From a virus, in IMG/VR virus record IMGVR_UViG_3300036939_000084, positions 33,261 through 97,260 of that record: a DNA stretch of 64,000 bases; one strand, 5' to 3'. The notes under the pieces are model-generated. The model searched no databases. It saw only the letters and a list, made by a program, of their open reading frames with translations, and was not told where the DNA came from. Position numbers and translations under genes: made by a program. Of the stretch, positions 48,087-57,326 are shown piece after piece. Every line of letters begins with the position of its first letter. Positions within the stretch are counted from its first letter, which is position 1.

Positions 48087-48323
48087 CTACTTAGATTTTG
48101 AATTTTTCATAACGGCAAGAAATTCATCATCGGAAAGATGGAAAAATTTCTTTATCGCGATCGCCCTTTCTATCGTCAAAAAGTCCATGCGTCCATTCCG
48201 CCAATGATTCAGGGTAGTGTAAGGGATATCTACACCTGTCGCATCCCTTATCCTCTCCCTAGCTGTAGGGACACTACCGTAAATCATGAGAAGGTCGTGA
48301 AGGGCTAGTCCTGTCTTATCCAT
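48087..48323 (-). CDS. Cro/CI-type HTH regulator
   Basis: IRDATGVDIPYTTLNHWRNG..LTIERAIAIKKFF. Confidence 0.65.
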   Translation of the reverse strand: MDKTGLALHDLLMIYGSVPTARERIRDATGVDIPYTTLNHWRNGRMDFLTIERAIAIKKFFHLSDDEFLAVMKNSKSK

Positions 48324-48397
48324 CTTTCGCTTGCGACACTTCTCTTATATTAAACCTTTAATAGAAATAGTGCGCCCAAGTGATAGAACCCCATTGC

Positions 48398-48784
48398 TTA
48401 TGACTTTTTCGCAAATTGCAAAAAGTTGGAACGGAAATAGATTGCCAACTTGCCGAAAACAGGCAAAACACGGTCTTGGGCAAACTGGTGAAATTGAACC
48501 TCTAGTTGAACGATGGTATTTGAGGAGCGAGCCTTTTTGCCGAGGGAGTGCGATCGCCTCATCAAGCCAAAAAACCCAACAATCAAAAACCCACCCAGCG
48601 CCCCCAACGCGACCAGCGTATACCAAGCGAGCACAGCCAAAGAATAAATGAAGTGCATAATCTTCGGCACAGCATCAAAAAATTCCCGCACCCCATCCTT
48701 GATTACTGGTAGGCGAGACTGCCATTGGGTGACAGCCAGGAATAGACATTGAGAAAGATTGTTTTGCGCGGTTACAAGTTGCAT
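48398..48784 (-). CDS. Possible membrane protein
   Basis: Long hydrophobic stretch; a competing antisense ORF exists. Confidence 0.4.
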   Translation of the reverse strand: MQLVTAQNNLSQCLFLAVTQWQSRLPVIKDGVREFFDAVPKIMHFIYSLAVLAWYTLVALGALGGFLIVGFFGLMRRSHSLGKKARSSNTIVQLEVQFHQFAQDRVLPVFGKLAIYFRSNFLQFAKKS

Positions 48785-48909
48785 TGCGAATTCCTCTGTT
48801 GTTTACTAGGCGTGAAGCGCTTGCCCATATTGTTATAAAATTAATACACAAACATTGCTTCTGTCAACCCCAATTTCTTAGAATTAATAATAAACCTTTA
48901 ATATCAGTC

Positions 48910-49464
48910 ATGGATGCTAACACCGCCGAGGCTACCATCTGGGCAAAAAATTTACTCAAACGCGACGACTGGGTTATCCTTGATACCGAAACAACGGGTT
49001 TGGATGCAAACGCTGAAATTTGCCAGATAGCTATTTGCAACCATCGTGGCAAAGCCGTTATGAACACCTTAGTTAAACCTGGCGTCGAGATGACGATGGG
49101 GGCCTACATGGTGCATGGAATTTCGGACGATGATTTCAAAAATTTCCCTATGTTTTCGGGCGTCTATCACCAGCTTCAAGAAGCAGTAAGGGGAAAAACG
49201 GTCATAATCTACAATGCAAAATTCGATAGACGAATCATTCGCCATTGCTGCACTGCATACAACCTACCCATCATTCGCTGCAAAGGTATCGAATGTCTAA
49301 TGGAAGAATACAGTAGATGGTATCCCCACTATCGGAAGCGGGGTGGGTATAAGTGGAAAAAGCTGCCAGGGGGTGACCACTCTGCTATTGGTGATTGCTT
49401 AGCAGCGCTCCAAGTTATTTACAAGATGGCTGGCGTCGAAAACAAAATAGCGCTCTCGTATTGA
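48910..49464 (+). CDS. DEDDh 3'-5' exonuclease (DnaQ-like)
   Basis: ILDTETTG, IYNAKFD, HSAIGDC; ATG 48910 after palindrome 48888. Confidence 0.9.
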   Translation: MDANTAEATIWAKNLLKRDDWVILDTETTGLDANAEICQIAICNHRGKAVMNTLVKPGVEMTMGAYMVHGISDDDFKNFPMFSGVYHQLQEAVRGKTVIIYNAKFDRRIIRHCCTAYNLPIIRCKGIECLMEEYSRWYPHYRKRGGYKWKKLPGGDHSAIGDCLAALQVIYKMAGVENKIALSY

Positions 49465-49477
49465 GAGCGCCATTAAC

Positions 49478-49771
49478 CTAGCGGTTTAACTTTCCTTGAT
49501 ACCGACCTTCTAGAAAACGAGAACGTCGCTTAGGAGCTATTTTTTGCATCAAGAACAGAGCCAGTTTGTCTCTCGTTCTTGAATTCATCATATCCACTAG
49601 TAAGATCATCTCGATTAGTCGAGGGGAAGAATTGTGGATTACAATTCCTTGTCCTGCGGATTTCGCCATCATATAGGCGACTATACTTCTGATTTCTTCC
49701 TCGGTCATTTTTTCCACGCAGACCTTAAGTGGTGTTTGTGGAACCTGTGGTGCCTGTTTTTGTGTTAGCAT
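49478..49771 (-). CDS. Hypothetical protein
   Basis: 97-aa ORF. Confidence 0.5.
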   Translation of the reverse strand: MLTQKQAPQVPQTPLKVCVEKMTEEEIRSIVAYMMAKSAGQGIVIHNSSPRLIEMILLVDMMNSRTRDKLALFLMQKIAPKRRSRFLEGRYQGKLNR

Positions 49772-49989
49772 TTTGGTGACTTATATTGATGGAAGGGCGA
49801 TCGCGAAACTCTGTTGTTACCAGAGGCGATCGCTTTTTTGTTACAACAATATTATAGCACTTTTTGTTATAAAATAAACACAAAAACAGAGAAGAGCGAA
49901 TGAAATTCTTCTTTTTCTAGATCTCCTCGACAACTTTCTCTATCATTTGGATAATAGAGAAAGTTTAGAACAAACAAAGGTTTCGGTTA

Positions 49990-50355
49990 ATGACTATATA
50001 TTTTGGCTTCGCGATCGCTGACAGCATGATTCCGGATGACGCCGACATTCAGAAGCGCAAACTAGAAATTGAGGAGGCTAAAGAATTGATTCAGACTGCT
50101 GTGCCATGCGTGAATGCCTCGCATACCGCAACGATTGAAGCTATGACTGAACGATTCGGGATTCAACTAGAAATTCCCGAAAAACCACCTATGGTTAATC
50201 TCCAGTATGGTGACGTGTTGGTAGTTATGGGCGTTAGAGGGCTACCTCGGCTCACAGATCGCCATCACTACACGGAAGAAGAGATAGCGGCTGCGTCTTT
50301 TAAGTTCAGCTCGTATGAAATATTTGAAGATTTAAGAGAGCTGTACGCAAACTAG
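49990..50355 (+). CDS. DUF1874/STIV-B116-like protein (AcrIII-1 ring nuclease candidate)
   Basis: IYF..AI..SMI; IEEAKELI; SHTATI; VNL.YGDVLVV; LPRL..TEEEI follow the DUF1874 pattern from memory. Confidence 0.6.
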   Translation: MTIYFGFAIADSMIPDDADIQKRKLEIEEAKELIQTAVPCVNASHTATIEAMTERFGIQLEIPEKPPMVNLQYGDVLVVMGVRGLPRLTDRHHYTEEEIAAASFKFSSYEIFEDLRELYAN

Positions 50356-50364
50356 TTTAAATAA

Positions 50365-50430
50365 GCCGAAACACCGAAACAATCGGTGTCTGCCAGGTAG
50401 TCGTTTACTGGCACTGACGAGGAAGACGAA
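50365..50430 (+). ncRNA. Type II hammerhead ribozyme (predicted cleavage after GUC, C50390)
   Basis: GAAA 50368-71; 7-bp stem III; GUC; 6-bp stem I; CUGACGA 50414-20; 2-bp stem II; loop I UCGUUU can pair with 3' AGACGA (pseudoknot). Confidence 0.85.
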
Positions 50431-50432
50431 TA

Positions 50433-50654
50433 ATGTTCGATCAAGGCAAAGACTTGAAACTATTTTTGCTCACTCGTGACGGTAACTATTGGGTGGCCGA
50501 AGTTCAGCACAATGGCTGGGAGGTTATTGAAGAATTTGTTTGGTCTGCCAACAAAACCGAAAATATTCTCATTAACTGGCTAGAGCGTTTAATTGCAGAA
50601 GGCAAAATCACGGTAGCTGATGCTATCCGTGTAGGGGTTTACATTAACCGATAA
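50433..50654 (+). CDS. Hypothetical protein
   Basis: Starts immediately after the ribozyme. Confidence 0.65.
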   Translation: MFDQGKDLKLFLLTRDGNYWVAEVQHNGWEVIEEFVWSANKTENILINWLERLIAEGKITVADAIRVGVYINR

Positions 50655-51376
50655 TGCCTAAAGGTAGTAATCCCAATAGCCACCACAATAAGCCCACCAT
50701 CTCAGGATTAAAAGCATCGGAAATATCTCTCCTGCATGAGCAATGGGCTTTTCTAGAAATTATCGGACGCAAAAATAAATCAAGAGGAGGACGTGAAGTG
50801 GTCAGAGCGATGCAAGTCATTGCCAAGCGCAATTGGCAAAAATCTGCTGAAATTTTCAAATGTGAGCCAACACCAGAAGCATTGAAGTCCAAGCTGATTG
50901 AGATGTTCCCCAGCATTCAAAAGGGGCGCAAAACAGCAGATGATTTAATTCAAGAAATAGCTTTAGGCGAATGCAGCCTTGATTGGAAACCTGAGACTGG
51001 TTTTATCAGAGTTGTTAATTTAGCTAGTATTGCTATTGTTGATGGCGATCGCAAGCTCGTCGAGGCCTATCAGGAACTAGCGAGTGGAGAAATATTCCCC
51101 CGCAACATCGAAGGCGTAGCAGAGAAAATCCAGTATCCTGAATCTCCCCAAGAGGGAGCACTGCGAGGATTAGAAGAGGAATTGGGAATTGTACCTGCAT
51201 CTTTAGAGTTTATTGGTGAGACCTTTGATAAGAATCAACGGTCAAAATACCAGGGTATTGAGTCCTTTGCGCGAAAGTATCAATTTCGCGCAACACTCAA
51301 ACCGGAAGATATCAAAGATGAGTACGTAGAAGACAGGGATGGTGATAAGACAGTGTTTAGATGGGTTCTTGTTTAA
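50654..51376 (+). CDS. Nudix hydrolase with N-terminal RHH-like extension
   Basis: Nudix-like box EKIQYPESPQEGALRGLEEELGI; KT.DDL.QEI..GEC. Confidence 0.7.
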   Translation: MPKGSNPNSHHNKPTISGLKASEISLLHEQWAFLEIIGRKNKSRGGREVVRAMQVIAKRNWQKSAEIFKCEPTPEALKSKLIEMFPSIQKGRKTADDLIQEIALGECSLDWKPETGFIRVVNLASIAIVDGDRKLVEAYQELASGEIFPRNIEGVAEKIQYPESPQEGALRGLEEELGIVPASLEFIGETFDKNQRSKYQGIESFARKYQFRATLKPEDIKDEYVEDRDGDKTVFRWVLV

Positions 51377-51420
51377 TTTGTGATAAAATAAACATACAGA
51401 TCAATAAGGAAAACAAAAAG

Positions 51421-51768
51421 ATGGGTTGGAATGGATTCCAAGAGGCAATTGGCGGATACATAGAAGAAGTTGTCGTAAGACAGCTTAAAGTTAACGAGTA
51501 CAATGTTTCAGTTAAAAACATTGCTCATCGACAAGAACAAGGACTATTGAGTAGTTCCACTGCTTTCTACCAGGGAACCACGTATAGTGGTGAATGGTTG
51601 GTGCTTATGTCAGATATTGAGTTGTCCACTGAGCTTGTCAGAAGGGACAAAGAAAAGAACGAAAAACAGAAGCTAATAAACGAATTAAATTCTCTCGTTT
51701 ATCACAAAGGTGTCATCACTAAAGCAATGAAACAGAGAATCGCAGAACTTAGAAGAATTTTGTACTAA
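51421..51768 (+). CDS. Hypothetical early-cassette protein
   Basis: Promoter 51379. Confidence 0.65.
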   Translation: MGWNGFQEAIGGYIEEVVVRQLKVNEYNVSVKNIAHRQEQGLLSSSTAFYQGTTYSGEWLVLMSDIELSTELVRRDKEKNEKQKLINELNSLVYHKGVITKAMKQRIAELRRILY

Positions 51769-51957
51769 AAATTCTTGTCTAGGATGATATTTGCGAAGAA
51801 AGCCCAAAAGTTGTTGATGTAGAGCGTTCCTCTAAAAGCAGAAGGTTGCCAGATTAAAGAAAAAGTTATCGCATATATATGCGATAACTTTTTTGTTTGC
51901 ATATTATTATGTATTGTTGTGTGATAAAATATAAAAGTAAACAAACATTAAACAACG

Positions 51958-52227
51958 ATGACTATCAACAAAATTCAACATTTCGAGTTCGGTGAATACG
52001 AAGGTAGCGACCGGATATCGGGAAGAATTGAAGCCGGGGACGATGGATTGGCCGTATTCATAGATGGCTATGGCGAATGTACTTCTCCAGACGGTAATGG
52101 GGCAATCATTATCCTTGAAAAATACCAGGGACGACTAAGGGTTCTTGTCTGGGATGATATTCGCGAAGAAAATCCAAAGGTTGTTGATGTAGAGTGCGCC
52201 TCTGAAAGCAGAAGGTTGCCGAATTAA
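51958..52227 (+). CDS. Hypothetical acidic early-cassette protein
   Basis: Promoter 51920; hairpin 52231. Confidence 0.7.
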   Translation: MTINKIQHFEFGEYEGSDRISGRIEAGDDGLAVFIDGYGECTSPDGNGAIIILEKYQGRLRVLVWDDIREENPKVVDVECASESRRLPN

Positions 52228-52365
52228 AGAAGAAGCGATCGCGTTATTATCTGCGATCGCTTTTTTCTTGTTAAACATCTAACATGACGTGATAAAATAA
52301 ACACAAAACTAAAAAGCTAACAAAGTCCCTCTCTTTGTCCCAACCAATCAACAGGAGCAAGCCAA

Positions 52366-53136
52366 ATGACAAAAACTAGTCCAGCAAAACCTAAACCAAA
52401 GCCCCGGCAGTCCCTCATTGAGTTACCAGAAGACAGCGGGGCTATTTTCCAAGCGGTGGGAATTCTCCCAGGTGATGTAGCGTTTGAAGAGCAGGTCGCA
52501 TCAATAACGGTCGGAGGAAAACAGTACCGCCTCTTCTATTCCAAAGAACATCGGAATGCTTTCGAGGCGCTCAAATTAAATGTTAGGGCTACCGGGTCAA
52601 GCCAACGATTGATTGTCTATCCCTGCGTTCGCCACTTCCCAAAAAAAGAGCAACCTTATCAATTAGCCTTTCAAGTCGTTGGCTTTATCGGGAAGACGCC
52701 TATCGAGAGCTGTATCTCACAAGAACTCCAAGACTTTGAGTTTAGGATTGCTGGGCTGTGGCAGTTCATCCCTGTTTGTACCACTCCCTGCGTCACGGTT
52801 CTAAAAAACTTCTCTTCCGAACGAATTGGTTTCATCAGAGAGGCGACTGTAGAGGAGAAAGTACGGTTCATGAAGGCGTCTCACATTCCGTTACTCTGGT
52901 CAAACCCGCCGGTGCGACCTTTCAGGTTTAACCCTAAGCTTGAGAAAGAACAACAGGGTTCATCCGCGTTTGTCCAAATTACGGCGCGATTCTTACCAGA
53001 CCAGGACATATTCGAGTTCAAAACCTTGCGCTCTCTCCCAGCCAGTAACTCACCTAAAGGTCTGAAAGCTGGGAAGAAAGATAAGGCTGAGGTTTTGGCT
53101 AAGTTAAGATCTCAGCAGAGCAAAGCCAAAAGATGA
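52366..53136 (+). CDS. Conserved cyanobacterial plasmid-type hypothetical protein
   Basis: SD aggag; LIVYP..F..VGF, GLWQFIPVC..PCVTV pattern; terminator 53166-53195. Confidence 0.7.
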   Translation: MTKTSPAKPKPKPRQSLIELPEDSGAIFQAVGILPGDVAFEEQVASITVGGKQYRLFYSKEHRNAFEALKLNVRATGSSQRLIVYPCVRHFPKKEQPYQLAFQVVGFIGKTPIESCISQELQDFEFRIAGLWQFIPVCTTPCVTVLKNFSSERIGFIREATVEEKVRFMKASHIPLLWSNPPVRPFRFNPKLEKEQQGSSAFVQITARFLPDQDIFEFKTLRSLPASNSPKGLKAGKKDKAEVLAKLRSQQSKAKR

Positions 53137-53213
53137 TTCCTACTTTTTTATTAAACCTTTAATACAAAAAGCCCCGGAATTAACTGGGGCTTTTTGCTGT
53201 AACTATTCATACA

Positions 53214-53435
53214 TCAAAACATCTTTCCTCTCCAAAAACGATGTCGATCTTGGATTAGCAAATATTGAGAATAGCTTGGCTGTAAAGGATCACAATTAAT
53301 TAGACTGTTGAGTTGTTTCATTTCGGATTCCCAAAAAGTCAGATCCACAGGCGGATACCGAGAATTCCAGTGATGAGTTCGGAGATATCGTCGCAAAGCT
53401 TCTCGTTCATGCCAAAGAGTGAAATTTTTAGACAT
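53214..53435 (-). CDS. Hypothetical protein
   Basis: ATG 53435 next to near-palindrome 53440. Confidence 0.5.
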   Translation of the reverse strand: MSKNFTLWHEREALRRYLRTHHWNSRYPPVDLTFWESEMKQLNSLINCDPLQPSYSQYLLIQDRHRFWRGKMF

Positions 53436-54573
53436 CGACCAATAAACCTTTAAGACAACTTGCCATGTCCGTGATCGCCCCCGGCAGCATCCCCATCGAC
53501 AGCATCTTGATCCGCTCATTCGCCGACAACTCGACGAGCTTGCCCTCATGTGACAAACCATACCTGGTACAGTCTGTCATCTCCCCCATTATGCGTTCAA
53601 TTTCGGTTGGCAGGGGAGGTCGGGTTTCACCGTTGGGCATCCTCACTTTCATGTGGCCGGTACCAGGCTGACGATACCCTGAGCGTTTCTGCCAGTTCAT
53701 TCCCCGAATAGTGGGAGCGAAGCGCGTGTATACTCGTTCCCCCGCTGCTGCCCTCATCACGAAAGCGGTTGCTCCCTTTTCCAGTACATTCTGCAACGTC
53801 GCCCAGTGGTAGGCAAAGTTCTCAAACTCTGCATCCACGGACAGGAGTTGACCCAAGCCAAAACAGCAGAACTTGAGAGACGGAGGTGGAGATGCATCAG
53901 CTAAATTGCTGATACTCAGCGTCTTTTCCTTAAATGCGCTAAGCCTCTTAAAGAAGTGGTTTGCAATTTGAGCGGGAGCCTTGCGACTCAACAAAGGGAA
54001 TACCCCGGCTAGTGCCTGAACATTCAAATCAATACACGGTTGACCAAGATCTAATAAATCATTTCGGACGCCGATTAGATAAATCCGTTGGCGCAACTGA
54101 GGTGCCCAGTGGGTACCATCAATAACACCAGAACAACCAGAGTATCCAGCCTCGCTTAAGGCGGATAAAAACTCCAGATAATCAGTTCCTGGCGGACGGT
54201 CTTTTACTTTCCGGGGAGAGCTGAGCATTCCTGGGACATTCTCAAACAGAATCCCCCTAGGCTGCTTGTCGAGAACCACTCGCACATACTCGAAAGAGAG
54301 ACTACCAATTTCACTATGGATTCCCTGCTGCATCCCGCCAGAGCTGAATGCTGTACAAGGGCTGCCGCCCAGAATAATGTCGGTGTCCGGAAAGGCGGAG
54401 GAAGAATAGCTACAGATATCTCCTTCAATCGTTTTGCAATTTGCAAAACGATAGCGGTGGACTGACAAAGCCTTGTCATCTATATCATTGCCGCAGATGA
54501 CTTCAATTCCTGCTTTAACTAATCCTGCGGTACCAAGTCCAGCGCCGCAAAACAAATGTAGAGCTGTTAGCAT
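53428..54573 (-). CDS. DNA cytosine-5 methyltransferase
   Basis: Motifs LFCGAG, GGSPC, ILFENV, PQLRQRIYLIG; start ATG 54573. Confidence 0.9.
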   Translation of the reverse strand: MLTALHLFCGAGLGTAGLVKAGIEVICGNDIDDKALSVHRYRFANCKTIEGDICSYSSSAFPDTDIILGGSPCTAFSSGGMQQGIHSEIGSLSFEYVRVVLDKQPRGILFENVPGMLSSPRKVKDRPPGTDYLEFLSALSEAGYSGCSGVIDGTHWAPQLRQRIYLIGVRNDLLDLGQPCIDLNVQALAGVFPLLSRKAPAQIANHFFKRLSAFKEKTLSISNLADASPPPSLKFCCFGLGQLLSVDAEFENFAYHWATLQNVLEKGATAFVMRAAAGERVYTRFAPTIRGMNWQKRSGYRQPGTGHMKVRMPNGETRPPLPTEIERIMGEMTDCTRYGLSHEGKLVELSANERIKMLSMGMLPGAITDMASCLKGLLVDV

Positions 54574-54988
54574 TTTTGCTCCTCCAGTTTTTGCAACACC
54601 CGCGCCACGATCTTGTCGCAATGACAAGTACGGGGGGAGCACAACACATAAGGTATACATTGTTTCTCGCCCGAACCATCTGAAAGATCCGCATCATCTC
54701 CGCTGAAACCTGACGAGATTTTGGATTTTTAAATGTTGGCGAAATCTGCAATCCCTGCTGCTTCCAAATCTCTAAGGAAATGTGGATATTGAGATAATGG
54801 CGATAAGCCAAAAGGTTCTCTTCTAACCACTCGTCATAAGCTTGGCAGACAGTGAGGCGATCGCACTCCTTCCTCATCTCAAACGGATTTCCCAAGACCG
54901 AGGAGCGATCGCACCGAACCTGCAACCACCCCTTCTCGCCAACCCAGCCACTTCGCAACGACCCAACTTTAATTTGCCCTGACTTCAT
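54567..54988 (-). pseudogene. DUF4326-like protein with a 1-nt deletion near 54642 (mutation or sequencing error)
   Basis: DRSSVLGNPF motif; adding one G restores MCWCSPRTCHCD and a stop coupled to the MTase start (ATGCTAA). Confidence 0.7.
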
Positions 54989-56141
54989 CTTTCACCTCCA
55001 ACCGACTCACCGCCAACTCATACACTCGAACTAATTCATCAACACCTGTGGTTTCCAGTTCAATTTCCAGCTCCTCCTCTGGAATTTCCACCTTCTGTTC
55101 CCGGTGCTTTGCCCAGAGAATTCTGATCTGTTGTCTGAGTGCCTGCTCTAGGTTGCGGCGCAAGTCCATTCCCCAGGCAATCAACTCTTTGTCGTCCATT
55201 TCCTCGAATTTTGGAAGGGGGACGGGGGTTGAACGGAGAGACTGGAGTTTGTCGGTTAAGCTGATGATGCGATCGCACATCTTCTGACGACTCGAAGGAG
55301 CTTTTGGCTTTAATTCCACTTCAACTTTAGGAACAATAGATGTCACAGGTACGACGAAATCACTAGCCTGGGGCTTAGCAGATAGAGTTGCAAAACCTTT
55401 AATAGCCTCTACTCTGGACTCCACCATCTTCACCCCAAATTCTGGCTCAACTTCTAGGTGGCAGAACCACTTCTTTTGGTTAAATGTTTTACCTTCAGGT
55501 GTGACGTGGCGACAGTTTTGCTGGGTCTTTACCAATACAAATGGAATATCCCTCAAGTCATATTCCTTGTAGGCTTCTAAATTGCCACTAATAGTGGTGA
55601 TGTCCTTGATGGAATGTGTGGTGAGTACAACCTCGCCCGGATACCTTAATTCAGGTATCGTAAAGCGGAGTTGACCCGTCGGCTTACACTCCTTGGGGCA
55701 TTTCTTATCCCCCTCCTTAGCTGAACAGGGAATAGGAGCATAAGGAGAATCTCCTTCTTCATCTAAATGAATGGAGCAAATTTTTCCGTCACAGTAGCGA
55801 ACACACATACTTTCCTTTCCAACCATCTGCCATTTTTGGTTTGATGGTCGCCATACCTGCATCACGTTGGGATATGGGAAGAGGATATGCACCTGTTTAG
55901 GTTTGTCCAACTCTTCGTAACGGGCAAGAAGTTCATCATAGAGAGAGTTAAACTTCCCCGTTATACTTGGAACCTTCTTGAATCTTTCTAGGGGTTCAAA
56001 CCGATAGTACTCCAGTTCGTCCCCGTAAACTTGAATTTCTTTCCCTTTCCTGTTGACGGTTTTTTTCTTTCCGCCCTTGTATATTTTCCCTATTTCCACG
56101 ATTTTTGGCTCGATTGGTTGATTTGCTCGGAAGACGGCCAT
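54969..56141 (-). CDS. Gp3-like recombination-associated protein
   Basis: EIGKIYKGG N-terminus, C-x-DG, CP..CKPTGQLRFTIPEL, LTTHS motifs. Confidence 0.55.
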   Translation of the reverse strand: MAVFRANQPIEPKIVEIGKIYKGGKKKTVNRKGKEIQVYGDELEYYRFEPLERFKKVPSITGKFNSLYDELLARYEELDKPKQVHILFPYPNVMQVWRPSNQKWQMVGKESMCVRYCDGKICSIHLDEEGDSPYAPIPCSAKEGDKKCPKECKPTGQLRFTIPELRYPGEVVLTTHSIKDITTISGNLEAYKEYDLRDIPFVLVKTQQNCRHVTPEGKTFNQKKWFCHLEVEPEFGVKMVESRVEAIKGFATLSAKPQASDFVVPVTSIVPKVEVELKPKAPSSRQKMCDRIISLTDKLQSLRSTPVPLPKFEEMDDKELIAWGMDLRRNLEQALRQQIRILWAKHREQKVEIPEEELEIELETTGVDELVRVYELAVSRLEVKDEVRAN

Positions 56142-56156
56142 GATAATAAACCTTTA

Positions 56157-57293
56157 TTACGCGAGAGCAGGTGCCATGACTGCCGTTACAATAACCAAAT
56201 CTTTCTCGGAATGGGGACGGAGGAAGAATGGTAAGCGATCGCCAAATAACTCCATCACACCCTCTTTGTCCTTTATGTTCTTGAGGTTGGATAAAAGGTA
56301 AACGAAGTTAACGCAAACTTCCAAGCTTTCGCCTTTGACAATAACAGGAATTTCCTGGAAGCTCTCTTTTCCATCTGTCTGGGCCCACAGTTTCATCGTC
56401 TGGTCTTCAGCGCAGACATGTACCTTAAGCCTGTTACTTGCGGCTGTTGCTGAAGGTTCGAGAATTTCTAAAATCTTCAACAAATCAGAAACTGAGAAGA
56501 GAATCTCTCGTTTCAAAGCATCAGGTCGTGCGGGAACTTGTTGAATATATTCTGGCATGATTGTGCCTGGGTACTGCCCTGCCAAAGTTCGGCATAAAAT
56601 GTACCCACCCTGAGAGTCTTCGATTTTCATCATGCCGTGCTCTTTACGCATGGCAAGTTTAACCTCTCCCTGTTCCAACCTCAGGAAGGAGATTACAGCT
56701 TTGATGGCAGAACTCGCAACCATACAAGATGTGTCTTGTACCTCCTGCTCATTCTTCATGCAGAACAGTGCCATTCGTTGCGACTCTCCAGCCATGAAAC
56801 GAATGACACTGTTCTGAATCTGCAAATAAATAGATGCCCAGGTCTGCTTGTACTCATCGGTGGTGGCAGCGAATTCCACTGCCTCAAATCCCTCTAGCAA
56901 CAAAGATGAAGAAATACTGATTGTTTCCCCTGCTGTGAAATTAATCCGAGGGTACTCTTCTCCGTCAAGGAGACCTACTCTTGTTTTTCCTGTAGTACAG
57001 TAGAACCAGGCTTGCTTGGAATCAATAGGTACCTGAATCGATTTCAACCCGTATAGTCGAGGAATCTCTTTCTCAATAATCGAGATCGTTCCTGGCGTAA
57101 TAACTGTTGCTGATTCGGAGTCTACAACGGACAAAATCTCTATTGCTAAGTCGCAAGCCTTAAAGATGACCTTGCTCTCAGTCGCCTCAATGGTTAGTGC
57201 TGTGGAGATAACCTGTGGTGCTTTGGACGCGATTGCGTGCTTTACCCGCGCTAAATGCAGCGCGAATGTTTTTTCGTCGATCTCGATATGCAT
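56157..57293 (-). CDS. dnaN: DNA polymerase III beta sliding clamp homolog
   Basis: 378 aa; KACDL, DGEEYPRI, AGESQRMA, LAGQYP, VNFVYLL..L, APLA end. Confidence 0.8.
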   Translation of the reverse strand: MHIEIDEKTFALHLARVKHAIASKAPQVISTALTIEATESKVIFKACDLAIEILSVVDSESATVITPGTISIIEKEIPRLYGLKSIQVPIDSKQAWFYCTTGKTRVGLLDGEEYPRINFTAGETISISSSLLLEGFEAVEFAATTDEYKQTWASIYLQIQNSVIRFMAGESQRMALFCMKNEQEVQDTSCMVASSAIKAVISFLRLEQGEVKLAMRKEHGMMKIEDSQGGYILCRTLAGQYPGTIMPEYIQQVPARPDALKREILFSVSDLLKILEILEPSATAASNRLKVHVCAEDQTMKLWAQTDGKESFQEIPVIVKGESLEVCVNFVYLLSNLKNIKDKEGVMELFGDRLPFFLRPHSEKDLVIVTAVMAPALA

Positions 57294-57326
57294 TAGCTGA
57301 CAATAAATGTTTGTCTATTTACTTTA

